Shown here piece after piece: positions 49,548-57,038 of a stretch of 64,000 nt of DNA; positions within the stretch are counted from its first letter, which is position 1, and every line of letters starts with the position of its first letter. The translations under genes were made by a program, and so were the position numbers. Under the pieces are notes generated by a model. That model did no database searches, was not told the DNA's origin, and saw only the letters and a list, made by a program, of their open reading frames with translations. The stretch lies in assembly GCA_040005235.1 (NCBI GenBank), contig JBDTZG010000019.1, positions 1-64,000 of the forward strand, read 5' to 3'. Source of the DNA: Acidobacteriota bacterium. GTDB taxonomy: Bacteria; Acidobacteriota; Thermoanaerobaculia; Multivoradales; UBA5704.

Positions 49548-51506
49548 ATGCGTACCTACGAGGATTTCGAGCTGTGGATCTCCGCCGAGGGGGAGGGTGC
49601 CGGTTATCGCGTTCGCGCCAAAGAGGCGGGGGAGTCGCGGTTCGACTTGGATGTGGAAGACCTCCGCGAGAAGGCACGATGTCTTGCAGAGGCTTTCGGG
49701 GGAAGGGATTCCCTCCAGGCCAAGACCCTCAAGGAAGCGAAGGATTTCGGGAGCGTCCTCTTCCGAGCGATCTTTCCTCTGCCGATCTACGGCAAGTGGC
49801 GGGAGGCCCGAGCGCGCAGAGGTTTCACGAAAAAGAGCGTGCGCCTAAGCCTCCATTTCGATCGAGCCGGTTCTCTCGCCGGCCTTCCCTGGGAACTTTT
49901 GTTCGACGGCGAACGATTCTTCTGTCTCTCAGCCGAAACGCCGATCGTTCGCCATCCCGAATTTTCGGCCTCGGCCGAGACCTCTCCCGCCAGACGGCCT
50001 TTTCGATTGCTGGCGGTTCTCCCGGAGCCGCTTCGGCAGGAGGATTTGGACGGTCACGGTGAGCTTCTGGATCTTCAAAAAGAGCTGGCCGCGAGGATTC
50101 AAGAGGGTTCGGTCGTCGTCGAGTCGCTTGAGAAGCCGAGCTTTCGCGGCCTCTTGGAGCGGCTCAAAGCGGATCCTCCGGTTCAGGCTCTCCATTTCGC
50201 CGGACATGGTGAAGCCCTTCCCGAGTTCGGCGACGGAGCGTTGTGCCTGGAGAGAGAGGGACGGGTTCGCTATTCCGATTCGGTGCCGGGTTACGCTCTG
50301 GCTCCGATCCTCTCCGACGCCAAAGATCTGCGGTTCGTCTTCCTCAACGCGTGCGAAGGCGGTCGCAGCGCATCGATCGAGGATCCGGGAAACCTCGCGC
50401 ACCGCCTCCTCGAAGCCGGCGTGCCCGCCGTGCTGGCTTTGCAAACTCCGATCGGCAATCGGGCGGCCAAGATCTTCAGCCGGATTTTTTACCATCTGTT
50501 GGCCAAGGGTTGCCCTCTCGAAGAGTCGGTCGCCGCCGCGCGGCAAGCCCTGCAATCCGGAGAGTTCGGTCTCGCCTGGGCTTCGCCCGTGCTGTATCTA
50601 CGGTCATCCATCGGCCAGGTCATTCGGCCAAAGTATTCTTGGCGGCGAATCATCCTTTTCGGATCGGTATTGATCATCGCGCTCGGGATTGCGCTGGCTG
50701 CCTTCGAGGGCAGGCGAATCTACGAACGATTGATCCATGCCGCACGGCCTCATTCGCTGGCACGTCGTACCGCGGATCCCGCCTGCCCTTCGCCGCGCGG
50801 TCTCGACTTTGCGTTCGTGAAGATCCCAGCCGGCGAATTCAAGATGGGCGCTCCCGCTCGACGCGGGGATCGCTCAACGGAGCGGCCGGCGCACGAAGTA
50901 AAGATCACAGAAGGATTTTGCATTGGTGGGTACGAGGTCACCGAGGCCCAATACAACGCGGTGCTCACCGGAGAAGACGCCCCGACGAGCCCCGGCTTCG
51001 ACGTGCCGAAAGTCAGCGTGACGTGGAACGAGGCCCACGACTTCGTGGTGAAACTGAACGAGCGCGATCCTGGAGGGTACTACCGCTTGGCGTGGGAAGC
51101 GGAGCTCGAATATGCGGGCCGCGCCGGAAGCTCAGCGGCATTCATCCGCGGTGACAAGGAGGAGGATCTCAAATATCAGGCCAATTGCCTGGACACTGAC
51201 ACTGAGGATGGCTACCCTAAGATCGCGCCCATCGGCTCGTTCGGTCCCAACAAATGGGGCCTTTACGACGTGCACGGCAACGTCGGAGAGTGGGTCGCGG
51301 ATCGGTTCGCCCCTTACTCTCCCGATGGTGAGCCGTTGATCGATCCTCAGGGGCCGGCCACGGGAACCGATCGGGTGCGGCGGGGAGGAAGCTTTCGGAC
51401 GAACGCAAAGAACTGCGCAGCGTGGAGCCGGAAGTCCTCAGAACCCGGTCGCCGAAGTGACGACCTCGGTTTCCGGATTGCTCGCTCGCCGAAAGCCGGC
51501 GCCTAG
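49548..51506 (+). CDS. CHAT (caspase-like) domain + TM + FGE/SUMF1-like domain protein
   Basis: LPWELL, HFAGHG and FLNACEG; TM IILFGSVLIIALGIALAAF; F.MG, YEVT, GLYDVHGNVGEW, RGGSF, LGFR. Confidence 0.9.
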   Translation: MRTYEDFELWISAEGEGAGYRVRAKEAGESRFDLDVEDLREKARCLAEAFGGRDSLQAKTLKEAKDFGSVLFRAIFPLPIYGKWREARARRGFTKKSVRLSLHFDRAGSLAGLPWELLFDGERFFCLSAETPIVRHPEFSASAETSPARRPFRLLAVLPEPLRQEDLDGHGELLDLQKELAARIQEGSVVVESLEKPSFRGLLERLKADPPVQALHFAGHGEALPEFGDGALCLEREGRVRYSDSVPGYALAPILSDAKDLRFVFLNACEGGRSASIEDPGNLAHRLLEAGVPAVLALQTPIGNRAAKIFSRIFYHLLAKGCPLEESVAAARQALQSGEFGLAWASPVLYLRSSIGQVIRPKYSWRRIILFGSVLIIALGIALAAFEGRRIYERLIHAARPHSLARRTADPACPSPRGLDFAFVKIPAGEFKMGAPARRGDRSTERPAHEVKITEGFCIGGYEVTEAQYNAVLTGEDAPTSPGFDVPKVSVTWNEAHDFVVKLNERDPGGYYRLAWEAELEYAGRAGSSAAFIRGDKEEDLKYQANCLDTDTEDGYPKIAPIGSFGPNKWGLYDVHGNVGEWVADRFAPYSPDGEPLIDPQGPATGTDRVRRGGSFRTNAKNCAAWSRKSSEPGRRSDDLGFRIARSPKAGA

Positions 51507-51919
51507 CCGTGCCCGCCCCCCTCGCCCGGTTCTGACAGCTCCAGCAGCACGCCCCCGGTGCTTTTCGGGTGGACGAACTGGACCAGCGCGCCGCCCGCGC
51601 CGCGGGTGGGCTCGGGGCGTAGGACTTGGAAGCCCTGCTCGCGCAGCCGGGCGTCGTCGGCTCGGACGTCGTCGCTCGCCAGGCAGACGTGGTGGATTCC
51701 GGGGCCGCGCTTTTCGAGGAACTTGCCGACGATCGTGTCGGGCGAGAGCGGCTCCAGGAGCTCGATCTTTGTCTCGCCGCAGGAGATGAAGGCGACGCGC
51801 ACCCCTTCGTCCGGCACCTCTTCGATCGAATCAACGGTAAGCCCCAGCGCCTCGTACATCTTGCGCGCCTCGGCGATCGAGGCGACCGCAATGCCGATGT
51901 GGTCGATCTTGCCGATCAT
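51503..51919 (-). CDS. mce: Methylmalonyl-CoA epimerase
   Basis: KIDHIGIAV, IELLEP, KFLEKRGPGIHH, FVHPKSTGGVLLEL. Confidence 0.95.
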   Translation of the reverse strand: MIGKIDHIGIAVASIAEARKMYEALGLTVDSIEEVPDEGVRVAFISCGETKIELLEPLSPDTIVGKFLEKRGPGIHHVCLASDDVRADDARLREQGFQVLRPEPTRGAGGALVQFVHPKSTGGVLLELSEPGEGGGHG

Positions 51920-52914
51920 TCTTCCTCCGCGGCGGCGCTCTCGACCACGCCTCGAAACAGCCGCTCCGCCACCAGGTAGGGATCGACCCGCTCGGCGAAG
52001 CCCGCTTCGACCGCTCGTTCTACACCGACCACCCGGTCGGCGGCGGCGATCACCCGCTCTTTCAAGATCGTCTCGACCCGCAGGCGCAGGTGCGACAGGC
52101 GCCGGGCGGCGAGGTTGCCGCTGGTGCTCAGAAATTCGCGGTGGCGCTCGATCGCCGCGATCATCGCGTCGAGCCCCTCGTCGCGGCTTGCGACGGTGCG
52201 GACGATCGGCGGCACCCACTCGCCGTGCTCGCCGAGAGAGAGCATCATCTCCAAATCGCGCTGCGAGCGATCCACCCCGTCGCGGTCGGCCTTGTTGATC
52301 ACGAACACGTCCGCAATCTCCATCAGCCCCGCCTTGATCGCCTGAATGTCGTCGCCCAAGCCCGGCACGGTGACCACCACGACCGAATCGACGCTGCGGA
52401 CGACATCCACCTCGTCCTGGCCGACGCCCACGGTCTCGACCAGGATCCAGTCGAAACCCGCCGCATCCAGCAGGTCGATCGCGTCGCGCGTCGCGCGGGC
52501 CAGGCCCCCCATGTTGCCGCGGGTCGCCATCGAGCGGATGAACACCCCCGGGTCGGTGTAGTGGCCCTGCATGCGAATCCGGTCGCCTAGCAAGGCGCCC
52601 CCGGTAAACGGGCTGGTCGGATCGACCGCCAGCACCGCGACCGTCTCGCCGCGCGCGCGCAGGTGGCGGGTCAAGCGATCGACCAGAGTGCTCTTCCCCG
52701 CGCCCGGCGGGCCGGTCATGCCGACGACGCGGCCGTGGCCGGTCTGCGGATAGAGCCGGGCGACCAGCTGACGCTGATCGGGTCCGCCGTCTTCGAGCAG
52801 CGAGATCGCCCGCGCCAGAGAGCGGGGCTGGCGGGTCAAAAGCCGTTCGATCAGGGCGTCGAGATCTTGCGGACCCCGCGCGCGCACCGGCCGGTGCGGT
52901 GAATCCGGCGTCAT
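51916..52914 (-). CDS. meaB: Methylmalonyl-CoA mutase-associated GTPase MeaB
   Basis: GPPGAGKST, AVDPTSPFTGGALLGDRIRM, ETVGVGQDE, GDDIQAIKAG. Confidence 0.95.
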   Translation of the reverse strand: MTPDSPHRPVRARGPQDLDALIERLLTRQPRSLARAISLLEDGGPDQRQLVARLYPQTGHGRVVGMTGPPGAGKSTLVDRLTRHLRARGETVAVLAVDPTSPFTGGALLGDRIRMQGHYTDPGVFIRSMATRGNMGGLARATRDAIDLLDAAGFDWILVETVGVGQDEVDVVRSVDSVVVVTVPGLGDDIQAIKAGLMEIADVFVINKADRDGVDRSQRDLEMMLSLGEHGEWVPPIVRTVASRDEGLDAMIAAIERHREFLSTSGNLAARRLSHLRLRVETILKERVIAAADRVVGVERAVEAGFAERVDPYLVAERLFRGVVESAAAEEE

Positions 52915-54062
52915 CCCTGACCTTTGAGCACGCCGCGGGCGATCACCAGCCGCTGGATCTCACTGGTCCCCTCGCCGATGGTGCAGATCTTCGCGTCGCG
53001 GTAGTACTTCTCGGCCCGGTAATCCTTGATGAAGCCGTAGCCGCCATGAATCTGCACGCCGCGCTCGGAGCAGAACACGGCGGCCTCTCCGGCGTAGAGC
53101 TTCGCTTCCGAGGCGAGCTGCGAAAACTTCTGCCCGCGGTCGTTCGCCTCGGCCGCGGCGAAGGTGAGGATCTCGGCCGCGGCGATCTTGGTCGCCATCT
53201 CGGCCAGATGGAACTGCACCGCCTGAAACGACGAGATCGGCTTGCCGAACTGCTCGCGCTCTTTGGAGTACTTCAAGGCCGTCTCATAGGCGCCGATCGC
53301 GGTGCCGAGCCCCAAGGCCGCGATCGAGATCCGGCCGCCGTCCAAAATCGCCAGCGCCTGCTTGAACCCCTCGCCGGGTGAGCCGAGCAGGTTTTCGTCC
53401 GGCACGAAGCAGTCTTCCAGGATCACCTCCGTCGTGTCCGAGGCGCGGATACCGAGCTTGTTCTCCTTCTTCCCCGGCCGGAATCCGGCCATCCCCTTCT
53501 CGACCACGAAGGCCGACATGTGGCTGCCGCGCTTCGCCTCAGGGTGGGTGACCGCCATGATCACGAAGGTATCGCCCACCGAGCCGTGGGTGCAGAACGC
53601 CTTCGACCCGTTGAGGACCCAGCCGCCGTCCACTTTCTTACCGTTCGTCCGCGCGGCGGCCGCATCCGACCCGGAGCCCGCCTCGGTCAACCCCCAGGCG
53701 GCAATCTTCTCGCCGCTCGCGAGCGGGGTGACCCAGCGCTTCCGCTGCTCTTCGTTGCCGAACTTGTAGATGTGGTTCGTCCCCAGCGAGTTGTGGGCGG
53801 CGATCGAGATGCCGACCGAAGGATCGACCTTCGACAGCTCGGTGATCACCAGCACGTATTCGAGATAGCCGAGCCCCGCGCCGCCGTACTCCTCCGGGAA
53901 GATGACCCCCAGAAAACCGAGCTCGCCGGCCTTCCGGATCACCTCGCGCGGGAACTTCTGCTGCTCGTCGATCTCATCGACGATCGGGTCGATCTCGCGC
54001 AGCGCAAACTCGCGCGCGGTGTCCCGAATCTGAACCTGCTCGGCCGAAAGGGCGAAATCCAA
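52911..54062 (-). CDS. Acyl-CoA dehydrogenase
   Basis: LTEAGSGSDA, KLGIRASDT, LDGGRI, QIHGGYG and IGEGTSEIQR motifs; AGGAG RBS before TTG54062. Confidence 0.95.
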   Translation of the reverse strand: MDFALSAEQVQIRDTAREFALREIDPIVDEIDEQQKFPREVIRKAGELGFLGVIFPEEYGGAGLGYLEYVLVITELSKVDPSVGISIAAHNSLGTNHIYKFGNEEQRKRWVTPLASGEKIAAWGLTEAGSGSDAAAARTNGKKVDGGWVLNGSKAFCTHGSVGDTFVIMAVTHPEAKRGSHMSAFVVEKGMAGFRPGKKENKLGIRASDTTEVILEDCFVPDENLLGSPGEGFKQALAILDGGRISIAALGLGTAIGAYETALKYSKEREQFGKPISSFQAVQFHLAEMATKIAAAEILTFAAAEANDRGQKFSQLASEAKLYAGEAAVFCSERGVQIHGGYGFIKDYRAEKYYRDAKICTIGEGTSEIQRLVIARGVLKGQG

Positions 54063-54295
54063 GGTCTTCTCCTGATCTCCCGGCCAGCGGGCGGAAGCTG
54101 AGACTCGGGCGGTGGAGCCCGTCCCGCGATAGAGCGGAGATGCTATCGCGCGGCCAACGACAGCGCCAACCCCAGCGAAACCCGGACTCCGCCGAGACGA
54201 TGACCCGAAATTCGCGCCGTTTGCCGCAACGCCGCGGGAACGCCTGCGCCGGCCTCTCCCGAGCGGCAATCACGGCAGAATAGCCACACTCGCAG

Positions 54296-54301
54296 TAAAA
54301 T
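54296..54301 (+). promoter_or_regulatory. Candidate sigma70 -10 element (TAAAAT) just upstream of the palindromic array
   Basis: TAAAAT in a GC-rich genome; no convincing -35 element seen. Confidence 0.35.
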
Positions 54302-54316
54302 ATGCCGTCCCTGCGG

Positions 54317-54486
54317 CGGGGAACGCTTCCCTGGTCCAGAGATCTGTTCTCCAGACCAGAGAATCATTCTCTGCCGCAGAGAATCTTTCCCTGCATCGAA
54401 GAAACATTCTCTAGAGTAGAGATAGAATCTTTGTACCAGAGAGTCATTCCCTGAGCCAGAGAACCGTTCCCCGCGCCAGGGAGCGC
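54317..54486. repeat. Array of 8 (+1 partial) palindromic units with exact 20-bp period, consensus CAGRGAAnnnTTCYCTGnnn
   Basis: Units start at 54317, 54337, 54357, 54377, 54397, 54417, 54437, 54457 and 54477, with no indels. Confidence 0.9.
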
Positions 54487-54526
54487 TAATATCCACGCCA
54501 TCGCCCCTATCGGGAGGAGAGCGCCG

Positions 54527-54892
54527 ATGTCCCACGGAACGTACGCTGAACAGCTCGAAAGTTGGCGAATTCTGGTCAACAACCTCGAATCGAAGATCGA
54601 TAACGTCCCCCAAGCCGCAGCCGATCGTGCCGAGCTCCGAAAGCTGACCGACGAGGTGCAAAGGCTCTCCGCAGAAATCGAGGTCGCCAGCGGCCAGCTC
54701 CGAATCCTCACCGACCGCCGCCGCAAAGCAGCCCATGCTGCCCGCCAGAAACGCCTCCTGATAGCAGCCCACCTCCAGGGCCACTTCGGATTCGACCACC
54801 CCGGCCTCCTCTCCTTCGGCATCGAACCCCGAGCCCGGAAGAGGCGGGCCAAGAAGGCGAAGCCGAGTGGGGAAGGGACTCCAGCCGGATAG
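54527..54892 (+). CDS. Hypothetical 121-aa helical/coiled-coil protein with a basic C-terminal tail
   Basis: GGGAGGAG RBS; heptad-like core; LQGHFG....LLSFGIEP motif; RARKRRAKKAK tail. Confidence 0.85.
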   Translation: MSHGTYAEQLESWRILVNNLESKIDNVPQAAADRAELRKLTDEVQRLSAEIEVASGQLRILTDRRRKAAHAARQKRLLIAAHLQGHFGFDHPGLLSFGIEPRARKRRAKKAKPSGEGTPAG

Positions 54893-54999
54893 CGCCCCGC
54901 CTCAGGTGTGCTCCTCCTGGGACCGGGCATGTGAAGCCGAGAGGGGAAGGGACTCCAGTCGGCTAGCTCGCCGCCTCAGGCGTGCTCCTCCTGGGACCG
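54859..54999 (+). repeat. 67-bp imperfect direct repeat x2 (54859-54925 and 54933-54999)
   Basis: GAAGCCGAGWGGGGAAGGGACTCCAGYCGG.TAGC...CCGCCTCAGGYGTGCTCCTCCTGGGACCG in both copies. Confidence 0.9.
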
Positions 55000-55061
55000 C
55001 CGGCGTCTCGCCGGCGCAACGCCTCAACGGCGACAGGCGCCGAACGCGGCCAGAAGCGGCG

Positions 55062-55286
55062 CTAAAAGCCTCGGCGTAGCCGGATACCTTCCGGTTGCGC
55101 AGCGTAAGCCAGCGCGGCAAGCATTTCGTCGCGGGTCAGGTCGTATTCCTTGGCCACCTCTTCGAAGGCCATACCGCCGCCAAGCTTGCCGATTACCAGA
55201 TCCACTGGAACTCGAGTTCCCTGGATCACCGGCCGCCCGAAGCGGACGCTTTCATCGACGCTGATGCGGGGGGCGATCTGGATCAT
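55062..55286 (-). CDS. DUF433 domain protein (antitoxin-like), orphan
   Basis: RISVD..VRFGRPVIQGTRVPV..V...L..G....E....Y.LT.....AAL.YA. Confidence 0.9.
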   Translation of the reverse strand: MIQIAPRISVDESVRFGRPVIQGTRVPVDLVIGKLGGGMAFEEVAKEYDLTRDEMLAALAYAAQPEGIRLRRGF

Positions 55287-55497
55287 GGGGAGAAGAATAG
55301 CTTGCCCGCGGGAAGGCTGTTCCTGGGACCGCCGAGCACCAGCTCGGCATCGAAGCGGCGAAAGCGCCCAAAGCAGGTGAGCGGGTGCTCGGCTGGTCTA
55401 TCTGGTCTCAACCCTCGATCCGCCAGAGGCCAAGAGGCCGGCTTCCACCTTCGAGTAGCAGGTTCGTCGCCTCCAACAGCACGACGCGCGGACTGCA

Positions 55498-55614
55498 TTA
55501 CCTCGTGGTGAGAACGTCCATCTGCTCTGCGAATCGATTTGGACGGGCGGTCGAGTAGTCGAACCGGTACTCGGCGCGCAGCTCGTCGTCGGTGTCAGCA
55601 GCTACCTTCTTCAT
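55498..55614 (-). pseudogene. Truncated antitoxin-like remnant (resembles partners of BrnT-type toxins), 38 aa
   Basis: Hand translation MKKVAADTDDELRAEYRFDYSTARPNRFAEQMDVLTTR*; DELR.EY.FDY...PNRFA motif. Confidence 0.55.
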
Positions 55615-55622
55615 AGCGCTGC

Positions 55623-55907
55623 TCACCAGGTCACGCCCTTCTTCTCTACCGGAAACAGCTTCCGTTCCGAGAGCCGGTCTTCATCCAAAACTCGAATCAG
55701 GTATTCGCCGGTCTCCTTCTGCTCTTCTGCATCCCCGTGGTTGATCCACGAGTCGAACAATGCCGAGAGCGCAGCGGCTCGGTTCTCTACCGGTATTTGG
55801 CTCTCGAGGAGGGTTAGTGTGTACTGCTCAACCGGCAGGCCTTGGTCGGCGGCGAGTTCGGTCAGGCGTCGCTCCAGACTAGGAGTCAACTCAAGAGTAA
55901 GGGTCAC
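55623..55907 (-). CDS. Putative antitoxin (RHH-like N-terminus), orphan
   Basis: GGAGG RBS before GTG55907; LTLELTPSLERRL...A...G..VE; acidic EEQKET..YL...LDEDRLS.RKLFP. Confidence 0.65.
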   Translation of the reverse strand: MTLTLELTPSLERRLTELAADQGLPVEQYTLTLLESQIPVENRAAALSALFDSWINHGDAEEQKETGEYLIRVLDEDRLSERKLFPVEKKGVTW

Positions 55908-56420
55908 AGGACACCTCCGAAGGGCGGATCCCAATAGCCCGGTCGATTCTAGACCAGCGCGCCGCCCCCTGCCTCAAGATGCTGCGATTTTAACAGGCAT
56001 TGGCGGAGGCTAGGTCCCATCGTCGCGGCTTTCCCCGGGACCGCCGAGCACCAGCTCGGCCCGGTCGTCGAGCGGCCTCCTGTGCCGAACCGTAGGCCTA
56101 CCATTTCGCTTCCATATCGCCAGCCCTGGGACCGCCAGCTTCCTCGCTGGCGCTTCGCCCCGCTCGATTCTAGCAGTCCTTGCCGGAAGCCTGGGCGGTT
56201 GCTGCTTTCTCCCGAGGCCGCAACCGCTCGGCACCTGGCAGCGCCCCCATCCTGGCCTTCCCCCGGCTCCAACCGGCCCCCTCCCCGGGGGAAGGGACGC
56301 TACGTTCGGCGGCGGTGGCCGATGAGGCGAAAAGCAGCCGAGCTGGTGCTCGGCGCGCCCGGGGAGAAGCTCCCTTCGGCGAAAGACTTCGGCTCTGCGG
56401 GTCGTTGGTGCGCCCTCGCC

Positions 56421-57035
56421 CTACCGCCCACCCACCCAATCCAGCACCCCCCACCCCAACTCCCCAAACAACGCCTTGACCGCCGGCAGCGGCAGCCCGA
56501 CCACGTTGGTGTAGTTCCCGTCGATCGCCTCGACGAACAGCGCTCCCAGCCCTTGGACGGCGTAGGAGCCGGCTTTGTCCATCGGCTCGCCGGTCGAGAC
56601 GTACCAGGCGATGGTTGGGGCATCCATGGGCGCCATGCGGACTTTGGAGAGGGTGAGGCTTGAGGCTTCGCGCAGGGCCGGCTCGGCCGCGTGCAGGAGG
56701 GCGACTCCGGTGTAAACCTGATGCTCGCGGCCGGCGATCTTGGCGAGCATCTTCTCTGCGTCACTAGTGTCGGTCGGTTTGCCGAGCAGCTCTCCGTCGA
56801 GGACGACGACGGTGTCCGCCGCGAGCGCCAGCTCTCCGGGTTGGACGACGGCCGCGGCTTTGGCTTTGGCTAGGCGGAGGACGTAGGGACCGGGTAACTC
56901 GTTGGGGAACGGGGTTTCGTCCAGATCCGCGGGGCGGATGGTGAAGGCCAAGCCCAGCCCCAGGAGCAGCTCGCGGCGGCGGGGGGAGGCGGAGGCTAGT
57001 ACGAGGGGCGGGAGAGGGGTTTTGTTGGCGGTCAA
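56421..57035 (-). CDS. maf: Maf family nucleoside triphosphate pyrophosphatase
   Basis: LVLASASPRRRELL, ADTVV, LGKP, DKAGSY, NVVGLP. Confidence 0.95.
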   Translation of the reverse strand: MTANKTPLPPLVLASASPRRRELLLGLGLAFTIRPADLDETPFPNELPGPYVLRLAKAKAAAVVQPGELALAADTVVVLDGELLGKPTDTSDAEKMLAKIAGREHQVYTGVALLHAAEPALREASSLTLSKVRMAPMDAPTIAWYVSTGEPMDKAGSYAVQGLGALFVEAIDGNYTNVVGLPLPAVKALFGELGWGVLDWVGGR

Positions 57036-57038
57036 GGT

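Larger units (their letters stand above)
54990..56364. repeat. Dispersed REP-like palindromes CC(T/C)GGGACCGCC-hairpin, five copies
   Basis: 54990-55016, 55322-55348, 56034-56060 and 56125-56152 on +; 56337-56364 on -. Confidence 0.75.

Noticed and set aside
51380-51506. Diversity-generating retroelement variable region in the FGE-like domain
   Set aside because: No reverse transcriptase or template repeat was seen in the window.
54317-54486. CRISPR array
   Set aside because: Units are 17 bp with 3-nt linkers; there are no spacer-length unique sequences and no cas genes in the window.
54143-54930. Minus-strand ORFs 54143-54799 and 54364-54930 as the explanation of the array
   Set aside because: They are antisense to the well-formed 54527-54892 gene, and a 20-bp period is not a multiple of 3, so the repeat is not a protein repeat.
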